Part shown: piece after piece, positions 8,264-16,566 of the stretch
How the letters are laid out: every line of letters begins with the position of its first letter
Position numbering within the stretch: the first letter of the stretch is position 1
DNA from: a virus
Strand: one strand, 5' to 3'
IMG/VR virus record: IMGVR_UViG_3300035676_000002
Coordinates: 1-64,000 of that record
DNA: 64,000 nucleotides
The notes under the pieces: model-generated
The model's input: the letters and a program-made list of their open reading frames with translations, nothing else
What the model was told of the DNA's origin: nothing
The model's database searches: none
Translations under genes and position numbers: made by a program

Positions 8264-8292
8264 AGTCTAGCACAGCTTCCCGGCATTGTCAA
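8264..8292 (-). promoter_or_regulatory. sigma70-type promoter
   Basis: TTGACA-N17-TAGACT with extended TG. Confidence 0.8.
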
Positions 8293-8299
8293 GAAAAAA

Positions 8300-8524
8300 T
8301 CAATAGGCAGGGGAAAACATCACACTATTGAACTTCCCTTTAATGCCTAGAAATTCAAGCTTCGTATGATAGGAATGAACAGCCACACGGGAAACCTCAA
8401 GGATATCCCCCACGGTAATTTTCCCGGTCGGATCGTCGCAGCTTCCCCACCGGCTTTGTAGGATATCACCACCAAGGAAAACCACTTTATCCCCCACTTT
8501 AGTTTCTGGTCCGCACGTCTGCAT
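8300..8524 (-). CDS. Small SH3-like phage hypothetical protein (74 aa)
   Basis: ATG behind GGAGG; KVGDKV...ITVGDILEV...FNSVMF. Confidence 0.7.
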   Translation of the reverse strand: MQTCGPETKVGDKVVFLGGDILQSRWGSCDDPTGKITVGDILEVSRVAVHSYHTKLEFLGIKGKFNSVMFSPAY

Positions 8525-8701
8525 AAAATGCCTCCATAAAAGAAAGGGGGATGCTTGCCTTATGTTCGATTGATACGGTGCGGCACAATTCGTTCCTCGC
8601 TTGCCAGTATCAACGGGCAATTTATCCCCCGTGTAATATGCCGCCCATAATATCGGGCGCTACTGCTTGCATGGGGCGGCGTCATGCAAGCGGCCCGATG
8701 T

Positions 8702-8998
8702 TCAAGCGTCGGCATCACCCCCCTTAACAGGATGAATGTTGACAATCGAACCTTCGTATTTATGCCCACCACAATCGAGCCATACGAATACCCGCCCCGT
8801 TTCCGTATCCCCTTCGACTAGCGTGCCGTCTAAATTATACTTTCGGCAGAATGTCCGCAACGCTTCACGGTGCATCTGTTCGCTCGAAAGCGCATGGTCA
8901 AAAGGCACCGTAACGCGCCTTCCCCCCTCTTCGTAAGCAATAACGCGAGAACCTAATACCTCTGTCGGTCCACGGTATCGAGTAAAAATAGGAAGCAT
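8702..8998 (-). CDS. Conserved phage hypothetical protein (TRYxGPTxxxGSR family)
   Basis: IFTRYRGPTEVLGSRVIA motif; RBS GAAAGGA. Confidence 0.75.
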   Translation of the reverse strand: MLPIFTRYRGPTEVLGSRVIAYEEGGRRVTVPFDHALSSEQMHREALRTFCRKYNLDGTLVEGDTETGRVFVWLDCGGHKYEGSIVNIHPVKGGDADA

Positions 8999-9164
8999 CT
9001 TAAATCCTTTCGTTATTACGTGAACGGTAGGAAAGGTTGCAAGCCCTTCCTACCGCCCCCGGTTATGTCTGCAAAGGCTGGCGATTTGGCTGCCTATTCC
9101 CATTGCAGGAAGTCGCTGGCTTTCGCCGGAACGGACGCGCTTACGCCTTCATGCAGACAAACAT

Positions 9165-9193
9165 ACCTTAACCTATTTCCTCTCGAAAGTCAA
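9165..9193 (-). promoter_or_regulatory. sigma70-type promoter
   Basis: TTGACT-N17-TAAGGT. Confidence 0.65.
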
Positions 9194-9334
9194 GCAAATA
9201 ATTTTCTTTTCGTGTATCTCTGTATCGTTTGCACTTCGGGCACCACCGAAACGCCCCCGGCTTATCGTCAAGCTTCTCATGCCCATTTTCCCAACAATCA
9301 AAATGCAACGGAAGCGAGTCGATGGTGTCCGTAA

Positions 9335-9616
9335 CTATTTTCCCAAGGCTTCATCAATCTTTCTGTCGATTTCTGACTGCCTTGCCTCTTCATCTTTATA
9401 CGCCCAATAATTTGTCCAATCGTCGTAAGCATTTTCGTCGGTGGGCGGTTCGTCGCCGCACTTCGGGCACGGCTTGGCATCTTCGTCGCCACCAGCAAAC
9501 CCACCAGAGGGCGGTTCGTCACGCCCCCCGAAGCTGTACGGCTCAACGTCAAATCCCCACGTCGTTAATCCGCACTCACACGTATAAGAAATTTCATGCT
9601 CTTTATAGCGTGCCAT
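9335..9616 (-). CDS. Acidic Zn-ribbon protein
   Basis: ATG behind GAGGGA; CECG...CPKCG. Confidence 0.65.
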   Translation of the reverse strand: MARYKEHEISYTCECGLTTWGFDVEPYSFGGRDEPPSGGFAGGDEDAKPCPKCGDEPPTDENAYDDWTNYWAYKDEEARQSEIDRKIDEALGK

Positions 9617-9721
9617 TTTCGTTTCCCTCACGGTTACGGTAAAGGTTGACATTATCCGAATACCCAAGCCAATATCCCTAGTATAATGGTCGTTACCCAC
9701 AAGTCAATAGTCGATTCCCAC

Positions 9722-9922
9722 TCAGCGCATTTTTTCATCGTTTTTCTTCCTCTGTTCGCCGTGCCAGCAAAGCCGTGCAAACTCCGTAAAAAGCGCGTGG
9801 TCGAAACGTTCGTTATCATTCGCGCACACTTCCGCCACCGCTTCAACCGCTTGCTTGTGTGATGCAGCGTCGGTAATTCTTGCCAGCCCTTTCGCAAGCT
9901 GGATGAAATCCTTTCGAGTCAT
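9722..9922 (-). CDS. Conserved small phage protein (MTRKDF...NxRFD family)
   Basis: MTRKDFIQLA...DNERFDHALF; RBS AAGGGGG. Confidence 0.75.
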   Translation of the reverse strand: MTRKDFIQLAKGLARITDAASHKQAVEAVAEVCANDNERFDHALFTEFARLCWHGEQRKKNDEKMR

Positions 9923-10172
9923 TTTATTCCCCCTTTTAGTGCTGCCAAAAATCAATCAGCACCGGCAAGATTCCCCATGCGAAATAAAACACCGCTGTCA
10001 TTAGGATTGACTTGACCATTTTTCGCCCCTCCGTCGCAACGCTTCATCACGCCAAGCCATATAGTCTTGAAACCAGAAGCACGCAATAGCTAGAAGCAAA
10101 AAATACATGGTATGCTCTCCCTTCTGTAAGAGAGCATACCATTCCAGCGCACGGGAAGCAAATGAATAAATC

Positions 10173-10418
10173 TTATGGAAAGATCAAGTGAGCAAGTTCC
10201 CGCGCCTTCGTGAAGCCTTCAACAGAGTTATGCAGTTCGCCGTTAGGATAATCGTCGTTAATGTAATACGTGTCTTGAATCACGTAATACTCCGGTGTCA
10301 AGCCGTCCCGAAATGTATTATCCAGCGGCTTAATTGTCGTGATCTTACGAACACCGGGAAAGTTATCCGGCGTCGTATAAACCCCTATGGTAAAAAATCG
10401 ACCGAAATAGTCCGACAT
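10173..10418 (-). CDS. Hypothetical protein
   Basis: ATG behind AAGGAGG. Confidence 0.65.
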   Translation of the reverse strand: MSDYFGRFFTIGVYTTPDNFPGVRKITTIKPLDNTFRDGLTPEYYVIQDTYYINDDYPNGELHNSVEGFTKARELAHLIFP

Positions 10419-10429
10419 GGTTGCCTCCT

Positions 10430-10735
10430 TTAGACCGCCCATAATCTCGTTGTTATCGGTCCACCACACTCGGGACACAGCCCGTCGTCAGCTTCCCCGC
10501 CGTCGATAAACTGCATCCAACCGCACCGCTTACTTTCCACTTCCTTAATGTGGCGGCACTTCTTCTGCTTCCACTTAAACCCTAGGCAAGTGCAACGCCA
10601 CCCATATTCGTATTCCCCTCCCGGCGTCGGTCCATAGCTCACGGTGTACGTATCCCCGTGACTTCCGGTTACTTTGATTTCCCAATGAGAGGCAGATTCG
10701 CACTCTTGAAACGGGACCGACATTAGGTCAGGCAT
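10430..10735 (-). CDS. SWIM zinc-finger protein
   Basis: YTVSY...WRCTCLGF...KCRHIK. Confidence 0.8.
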   Translation of the reverse strand: MPDLMSVPFQECESASHWEIKVTGSHGDTYTVSYGPTPGGEYEYGWRCTCLGFKWKQKKCRHIKEVESKRCGWMQFIDGGEADDGLCPECGGPITTRLWAV

Positions 10736-10752
10736 AATTTAACTCCTTCTCG

Positions 10753-11064
10753 TTACTTCTTGGTCAAGTCCACGCTGATATCGTAGCCCAATGCCCACGC
10801 AATTGTTGTAAGCGATTTAAGCGAAAGTGTTTCTTTGTCGGAATCTCTCCCGGTTAGTCCTCGAAAAACTTGCTTGATAAACTCACGCTCAAATCCGGTC
10901 TTTTCTGCTAGCACCTTGTCGTTGACCTTCTTCCGGCGCTTCACAGCAATCAGTTTCGTCAACAGCGTGTCAACCAATGACGCATACGCTATCGAGCGTG
11001 CCAGCGTTTCATCTTTACTGAGCGTGTTCCAATACTCGCGTTTTTCCTGTGTCGTAAGGTTCAT
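10753..11064 (-). CDS. XRE-like HTH DNA-binding protein
   Basis: DKVLAEKTGFEREFIKQV...LSLKSLTTIAWALGYDISV. Confidence 0.65.
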   Translation of the reverse strand: MNLTTQEKREYWNTLSKDETLARSIAYASLVDTLLTKLIAVKRRKKVNDKVLAEKTGFEREFIKQVFRGLTGRDSDKETLSLKSLTTIAWALGYDISVDLTKK

Positions 11065-11065
11065 T

Positions 11066-11272
11066 TTAATACTCCTCTAAAGATACGCAATCAATTTCCA
11101 TTTCGTCGTCATCTAACACCGTAGCAATAACCTCAATTGCCTCTTCTTCGCGGTCGGTCCTACAGTTATGAAAACAGTATTCATGCGGTGCGATTTCAAC
11201 GGCAGACGCACGCATATTATCCGCAAATTTCAAGGCTTGCAAAACAACGTGAGCGATTTTTTCGGGAAACAT
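11066..11272 (-). CDS. Hypothetical protein
   Basis: ATG behind GAAAGGG; promoter TTGACT-N17-TAAGGT at 11296-11324. Confidence 0.65.
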   Translation of the reverse strand: MFPEKIAHVVLQALKFADNMRASAVEIAPHEYCFHNCRTDREEEAIEVIATVLDDDEMEIDCVSLEEY

Positions 11273-11495
11273 TTTCTACCCCTTTCGTTAGAACTACCTT
11301 AGCAGGGATTCCCCCAAAAGTCAAGGGGAATCGTAGAAAATTATTGCTGGGTCGTCAATCGGAAGGGCAATCGGAAGGCGAGAGTAAAAAGGGCAAGTGC
11401 AACCGGGAACGAAGCACTTACCCTTGGTTGAGCGGTGGAACTTGCGACGGTGAAGGCACGCACAGATTGAAGCGTGCCTCCCCCGTCGTCCTGAC

Positions 11496-12263
11496 TTACG
11501 CGGCAAGTCGGAAGTCGCTAACTTCCCGAAGGGCATGAGTCACCGCAAGCAAAGACTGCTGGTTAGTTGAGTAAGACTTAATCGCCTTTGCAGATTCAGT
11601 AAAAGCGTTCATCAGCGACCAAGCCGTGCGCGGCTCAAACTCTTCGTGCGGCGGCTTAAAGTAGTTCGTCGCCACCGAAGGGAACAGCCGCATGGGGAAC
11701 TTTTCCGCCGCGAAGATGTTAAAAATAATCTCCTTGGCAAACCCATCGCTAACCGGGAATTCCTTCAAGTGGTCGGACAAGCCAACCAGCAAGGCGAAAT
11801 TCTCTTCCCACCGATCAATCGCGGGACCAATCTCAAGCGTAATATTGAGATTCGGCGTGTGCTTCTTGTTGAGGCAAACAAACTCCCCACTAAAAGCCAA
11901 GTTATCGCACACGAACACCCGCGAACCAGCCACAACGCCAGCCGCCCACGTCTTGTCGTTGCTGTTGCGGAAACCGATCACGCTGCGGAAATCGCCGCTA
12001 GGCGCAACCGTCGTAACATCCCACAGCCCGAAAAGCTGCAAGCCGTTCTGCTTCAAGGCGAGATGTTCGCCCACAATGCCCACCCCGCGCCGCGTCAATT
12101 CCCCCTCGATTGTGTCGATAAACTCCGCATGAGGGAGCGGCTTAAACGAATCGGTCGAACCGGGAACGGGAGCCATAAGAACCTCTTCCCGCGAAACCGA
12201 CTGAGCACCGCAATGCATCACCAATCGCCCACCGTGTTCCGTCGTTACTGCATCCCATGCCAT
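11496..12263 (-). CDS. DUF932-family protein
   Basis: GFRNSNDKT..AG.VAG.RVFVCDNLAF and TAWSLMNAFTE motifs; promoter TTGACA-N17-TAAAGT at 12294-12322. Confidence 0.85.
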   Translation of the reverse strand: MAWDAVTTEHGGRLVMHCGAQSVSREEVLMAPVPGSTDSFKPLPHAEFIDTIEGELTRRGVGIVGEHLALKQNGLQLFGLWDVTTVAPSGDFRSVIGFRNSNDKTWAAGVVAGSRVFVCDNLAFSGEFVCLNKKHTPNLNITLEIGPAIDRWEENFALLVGLSDHLKEFPVSDGFAKEIIFNIFAAEKFPMRLFPSVATNYFKPPHEEFEPRTAWSLMNAFTESAKAIKSYSTNQQSLLAVTHALREVSDFRLAA

Positions 12264-12296
12264 AATGTGTTGCCTCCTTTGTTTGATGAAAATACT

Positions 12297-12707
12297 TTAG
12301 CACGCTTCTTCGTCGTTGTCAAGGTCTTTTTTCCTGAGAGCATCCGAATAAGCGATTTCTTCCCGTGTGATCGTCGCGGCGGCATGAATGAACTTCTCAA
12401 CGTCCACCGTTTTAACCCACCCCATAACATCATCATGCTCATTCGGGACAAGCCCCGCCTTCGCAGCAACCGCATACGTTGCCCATTGGCATTTCTTATC
12501 GTCGTGGGTATCGAGCAACGCCGCAACTTCCGCGTCATCGGATTCTGTAACAAGAACAGTATTCTTGGACAAATTAACCGGCTTGTCCCTATCTGTGATG
12601 TAATTATAAGGCCCGAATTGGATTGACGCGGTTACGCCATTCGGAAACGTCATTTGAAAACCAGTGCCATACGTAATAGCCAGCGTCTTATGGTTTTTTT
12701 TGCCCAT
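12297..12707 (-). CDS. Conserved phage hypothetical protein
   Basis: GFQMTFPNGVTASIQFGPYNY...AEVA...DVMGW motif. Confidence 0.75.
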   Translation of the reverse strand: MGKKNHKTLAITYGTGFQMTFPNGVTASIQFGPYNYITDRDKPVNLSKNTVLVTESDDAEVAALLDTHDDKKCQWATYAVAAKAGLVPNEHDDVMGWVKTVDVEKFIHAAATITREEIAYSDALRKKDLDNDEEAC

Positions 12708-13095
12708 TCTTTTTCCCTTTCGCCTTCGTTTCTTGCACTGTTTTAATCAGTGCGGTAATATACTCGCTTTCGGATGCAAAGGCACACGGATTACACGGTG
12801 CCGAATCTACAAACTTTCGTGCGCTAGTTATCGTGCCACCAAAAAGCGACTTGATTGCTTGCGCGCCGCTTTCCTGCCACTCTAGATATTCCTCTGGCGT
12901 GTCATCCGGCGCTTCTGATTCTTCCGTTGCCGGTTTTGTTTTCTTAGATTGCCGATATTGCTCATAAAGGTATACGGAAAATTTAACAATGCCCATAAAG
13001 GTGCCGGTCAGAAATACGAGCGTAAAATATACCATTGCTCCTATTAGACCGGCACCATTTCCACCACCATGCCCCCCGCCCCGCCCCATGCTCAC
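12688..13095 (-). CDS. Membrane protein
   Basis: Gly-rich N-terminus followed by a hydrophobic helix. Confidence 0.6.
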   Translation of the reverse strand: MSMGRGGGHGGGNGAGLIGAMVYFTLVFLTGTFMGIVKFSVYLYEQYRQSKKTKPATEESEAPDDTPEEYLEWQESGAQAIKSLFGGTITSARKFVDSAPCNPCAFASESEYITALIKTVQETKAKGKKNGQKKP

Positions 13096-13100
13096 AGCGG

Positions 13101-13454
13101 CTAAAGCGACATATAAATTCCCTCACCCGCTGCACCACGCTTTAGCAAGTCAAGAAATTTATCGCGCTTCTCCTTGAAGTATTCAACCCATTCCGTATAC
13201 TCCTTGTCGTCACCTTCGCAACCTAGCTCTTTTGCGGAAGGAATTTCCGGCTCAACATCTTTATACTGGTCGTAATATTCTTGACAAGTCTCTGGCGGCA
13301 AAACGCTTTCGTCATTCAAGGCAGGGATTACGTCCTTCCACCATGAAAACCCTAGCGTCCACGCGAGGTTAGTCGGATTATACGAATCACGAAAATAATC
13401 GTTATCCGAATCGCTCAGTTTACCGTCTACCATCAAATAGCAATCTGCGCCCAT
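13101..13454 (-). CDS. Acidic hypothetical protein
   Basis: ATG behind AAGGAG; YFRDSYN motif. Confidence 0.7.
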   Translation of the reverse strand: MGADCYLMVDGKLSDSDNDYFRDSYNPTNLAWTLGFSWWKDVIPALNDESVLPPETCQEYYDQYKDVEPEIPSAKELGCEGDDKEYTEWVEYFKEKRDKFLDLLKRGAAGEGIYMSL

Positions 13455-13467
13455 GATTCTACTCCTT

Positions 13468-13674
13468 TTACCGCACGTCGAAATATTCGCAAGCCGTGGC
13501 AAGCAAATGGTTATAGTCGCCGCTCATCATTTCTTTTAGCATCGTATCAATCTTCTCCTGTTCAAACTTTGCCTTGCGAGCGGCTTGCCGACACGCGCCC
13601 ATGATTGCAAACGCATTGCCGTCCGTACCCACCAGCTTAAGAATAGGCTTCTTCGGTTCCTTAACTGTTGTCAT
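13468..13674 (-). CDS. Conserved small phage protein (GxDGNAF family)
   Basis: LVGTDGNAFAIMG...MSGDYNHLL. Confidence 0.8.
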   Translation of the reverse strand: MTTVKEPKKPILKLVGTDGNAFAIMGACRQAARKAKFEQEKIDTMLKEMMSGDYNHLLATACEYFDVR

Positions 13675-14035
13675 CGACTTTCTCCTTATCGGTTGCGGGA
13701 TTAGTAATAATAATCCACCGTTCTGCTTGGTCTTTCAACTCTTCTACAACAACGCCCATAACATCGCCGGTCCCGTAGTCGTCATCCCCCATATGAGAAT
13801 TAAGCACCACGTCGGACCAATCAATCCACTTGCTGAAATAAAAGTTATAGATGCCCGTAACCCGCTTGGCTACGCTCGTTAAATGCGGTTGCACTAACCT
13901 TGTTTCGTATTCGTATATCGTAATCAAGGCGTGCGGCTCTAGCTGGTTTGCGCCCACAACGCGCCACCCCAGCTTTATGCGTTCCGTAGACTTGAAATAT
14001 TCAAGGGCTTGTTCCTTGTATTCATAATCCGACAT
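13661..14035 (-). CDS. Hypothetical protein
   Basis: ATG behind GAAAGGGG; promoter TTGACA-N17-TAGTAT at 14058-14086. Confidence 0.65.
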   Translation of the reverse strand: MSDYEYKEQALEYFKSTERIKLGWRVVGANQLEPHALITIYEYETRLVQPHLTSVAKRVTGIYNFYFSKWIDWSDVVLNSHMGDDDYGTGDVMGVVVEELKDQAERWIIITNPATDKEKVDDNS

Positions 14036-14082
14036 AACGCTTCCCCTTTCTGAAGCCATACTAGCACGCCGTCGCTATCGTG

Positions 14083-14295
14083 TCAAGTTTTTTCCTGCTT
14101 CAAGCGATCCCCCTTCAGCATGGCTAGAATATTTTCAATCTGGTCGTGAACGTCGATTGCCTCCATGATACTTAACCGAACATCCCACTTATAAAGAGGG
14201 CTTTTAATATGCATGATAATCGGCTTAGATTGCATCACGTCGGTCGGTCCTAAGTAGGACAGGCTTATTTTTCTGTCACTCATAATTATCCCCAC
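14083..14295 (-). CDS. Hypothetical protein
   Basis: Contiguous operon. Confidence 0.55.
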   Translation of the reverse strand: MGIIMSDRKISLSYLGPTDVMQSKPIIMHIKSPLYKWDVRLSIMEAIDVHDQIENILAMLKGDRLKQEKT

Positions 14296-14492
14296 CGTAA
14301 ATTCTTTAGTGCTTGCTCTGCCATTCCCCTTGTATCAAGAAGAATGGCGCGGCACGGTTCGCAAAGAATACTAACGTGTAGCCACAATTTGTCACTTAAT
14401 TGCTCCGAAAGCGGCTGGCTCAAACCATACGTCTTGTCGCATCCGATGCAGTCGCTTATGATTGTCTGCCTATCAAGTTGTTTAGTGTGCAT
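14286..14492 (-). CDS. Zn-ribbon hypothetical protein
   Basis: CIGC...CEPC. Confidence 0.6.
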   Translation of the reverse strand: MHTKQLDRQTIISDCIGCDKTYGLSQPLSEQLSDKLWLHVSILCEPCRAILLDTRGMAEQALKNLRWG

Positions 14493-14715
14493 AATCGCCC
14501 CCGTGGTTTAGCCACCCCTTAAGTTGCAAGCCGTTTTTTCCTTCCGGCTTTACATACATTGACCACACGGTTCCTCCGGTATTGTCAAGCGCATTAACCT
14601 CAAGAATCTTATTTGCATATTTCTTGACTTCGATTACCGGCTTAACTTCCGGCTTGACGCTCTTACTTAATGAGGCTGTCATTGCGCTACCGTTTCCTTT
14701 CTCTTGAGGCACCAT
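14482..14715 (-). CDS. Hypothetical protein
   Basis: Contiguous operon. Confidence 0.55.
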   Translation of the reverse strand: MVPQEKGNGSAMTASLSKSVKPEVKPVIEVKKYANKILEVNALDNTGGTVWSMYVKPEGKNGLQLKGWLNHGGDYAH

Positions 14716-14839
14716 GCGACAAGGGCTTGCTCCCGCGCCTTTTCCTTGTCCGCTTCTATTTGCTCATAGGCGCATATCCAACAGCCGTCGCTATCCATGC
14801 GCCTTTTATGCCGCCAACAAACCGAAATTATTGTAGCCA

Positions 14840-15289
14840 TTACTTAATCCCCCTTCGCTGGCAATCGTGGTAATCTTCGACAATATACTGTAGCGTTTCA
14901 ATGTCGATTTCTTCGGATTCAACTTGCATCCAGCCCAACGATTGAACGTGGGCAAAGAAGATTACTCCGCTTGTATAAATCTTTGCCGTCTGGTAATCTA
15001 CTTTGACCTTCGGCGCTTTCGCAATCGCCTTGAGGCTTTCCGTATCATAGCAATCAATTTCTGTTACGTCAACGCACAATTCATCTAGCTCGTCGCAATC
15101 CTTGCACCACTCCCCACCATTCCAATACATTTCGAGGGAGAAAATCTCAGGGTCAACTTGCCGGATGCTTTCGAGGGACCAAATGCGGTGTAGCATCGCC
15201 TCTGCTTCCGGCCCCGTAATATCAACCATATAATGACCAACGGTTATGACTTCTTCGTGCTGCTGGTCCGCTTTCAATAGGAAGATCAT
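14840..15289 (-). CDS. Acidic hypothetical protein
   Basis: RBS AAGGAG; promoter TTGATT-N17-TATACT at 15316-15344. Confidence 0.7.
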   Translation of the reverse strand: MIFLLKADQQHEEVITVGHYMVDITGPEAEAMLHRIWSLESIRQVDPEIFSLEMYWNGGEWCKDCDELDELCVDVTEIDCYDTESLKAIAKAPKVKVDYQTAKIYTSGVIFFAHVQSLGWMQVESEEIDIETLQYIVEDYHDCQRRGIK

Positions 15290-15326
15290 GGTTAAACTCC
15301 TTTCCGCTAGGCCAGAGTATAGCCTA

Positions 15327-15500
15327 TCAGATTGAAAAAATCAAGGGGAAAGTTTCAGGTTCCCAACGATGCCACCAGCCCACCCGATGCTCACACGATT
15401 CGCAGACGTATTCCCCCATCGTTTTATCGAGGTAATAATTCCCGCCGCACTGGCACTTCTTCGGCTTCTTCTCTTGCGGTTTCATCGTGCTTTCCTCCAT
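15327..15500 (-). CDS. Small Zn-ribbon protein
   Basis: CQCGG...YVCESC; lies just downstream of promoter TTGATT-N17-TATGGT at 15507-15535. Confidence 0.6.
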   Translation of the reverse strand: MEESTMKPQEKKPKKCQCGGNYYLDKTMGEYVCESCEHRVGWWHRWEPETFPLIFSI

Positions 15501-15564
15501 GCCGACACCATAGCACACGCCGGAAGGGAAATCAAGAGAAAAAATTAGAGGGTGGTTAATCTGC

Positions 15565-15659
15565 GGAGGGGGATCGTCGGGGAGTTTCGGATTAGGGGGG
15601 AGGTAAGTTACGGGGGAGGGGATCGTCGGGGCGGGGCGGGGCGGGGTAGCGGGGCGGGG
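15565..15659 (+). repeat. G-rich tract (GGGGC repeats, G4 potential) with a GGAGGGG(G)ATCGTCGGGG direct repeat
   Basis: GGGGCGGGGCGGGGCGGGGTAGCGGGGCGGGG at 15628-15659. Confidence 0.8.
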
Positions 15660-15671
15660 CAGTATAAGCAC

Positions 15672-15767
15672 GGCAGAATCTTGCCTTGCCCATAAAGCCC
15701 CGCAGAATCTCGGCCCCGACATTAATCGCGGCAGAATCTCGGCTGGCCTATAAGTGCGGCAGAATCT
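15672..15767 (+). repeat. 4 x (G/C)GCAGAATCT at 28-29 bp period
   Basis: Copies at 15672, 15701, 15730, 15758. Confidence 0.85.
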
Positions 15768-15850
15768 AGGGGAGGCAACAGAACGAATCGAGCATCATTT
15801 GGAATAATGCCCCCGCAACAAATCCAATGACAAAAACAAGGAACATTTCG

Positions 15851-16054
15851 TTATGCTTGTGCATTAGCATACTCGTCGCACTTCTTGATCTCTTCTTCCA
15901 TGATTTCAATTTGCTGATAATAATAATCAATAAGCTCCCTGATCTTTTTCTTTTTCTTTCTCATGCACTGAACTCGTTTATAATTCGTGCCAGTTGAAAG
16001 CTTGTGTTTCTTGGCGCAGTAGGGACAATATTTCTTCATCTGATAATACCCCAT
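15851..16054 (-). CDS. Basic Zn-ribbon/coiled-coil hypothetical protein
   Basis: RBS GGAGG; CPYC. Confidence 0.6.
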   Translation of the reverse strand: MGYYQMKKYCPYCAKKHKLSTGTNYKRVQCMRKKKKKIRELIDYYYQQIEIMEEEIKKCDEYANAQA

Positions 16055-16198
16055 AGCGCCTCCCGTGCCTTTTCCCCGCCCATAAGTTCTACCTTATTTT
16101 CTTCTGGAATAATATATCTTACGCCACAATCCCAGCACGCGCAATACCACGGGAAATGAGTGGGCGTTACTTTAAGACTATTCCCGCAGAATTCACAT

Positions 16199-16402
16199 CT
16201 ATACATCGCAATCCTCCCTTTTGCACGGAATCATTTCGCTGATACGCCCTTCGATAACCCAGCACCGGCCACAGGCAAGTGTGCTACGACCATCTTCTAA
16301 TATAAATGGAAGAGGTAACTCACAATGACGAGGGCAATGTGCGTGCGTTACTTCGTGCAGTCTGCACCACTTTCGATAGATTGCTTCTTTTCTTGGTCGC
16401 AT
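16199..16402 (-). CDS. Cys-rich hypothetical protein
   Basis: Operon context. Confidence 0.55.
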   Translation of the reverse strand: MRPRKEAIYRKWCRLHEVTHAHCPRHCELPLPFILEDGRSTLACGRCWVIEGRISEMIPCKREDCDV

Positions 16403-16566
16403 TGCTCTATCTTGAACCCACCCTGCTTACGCATCCAATATATAAGATTCGCAAGCGACTGTCCATAGAAGGTTCTGACGATAGACGGGCAACGGACAAT
16501 TATATCATAGCAATCCGTTCCAACACAAACAGTCATTTTTTGAGAAGAAAGATACCACCAATTCAT
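16348..16566 (-). CDS. Conserved phage hypothetical protein
   Basis: IIVRCPSIVRTFYGQSLANLIYW. Confidence 0.65.
   Translation of the reverse strand: MNWWYLSSQKMTVCVGTDCYDIIVRCPSIVRTFYGQSLANLIYWMRKQGGFKIEQCDQEKKQSIESGADCTK

Noticed and set aside
11646-12626. 326-aa plus-strand ORF
   Set aside because: Antisense shadow of the DUF932 gene and its neighbour; no motifs or RBS
15501-15722. Pro-rich N-terminal extension of ORF 15327-15722
   Set aside because: It translates the G-tract and crosses a clear promoter; the real start is 15500 or 15485
15672-15767. Mini-CRISPR array
   Set aside because: The constant part is only 9-10 bp and the period 28-29 bp, too short for repeat-spacer units
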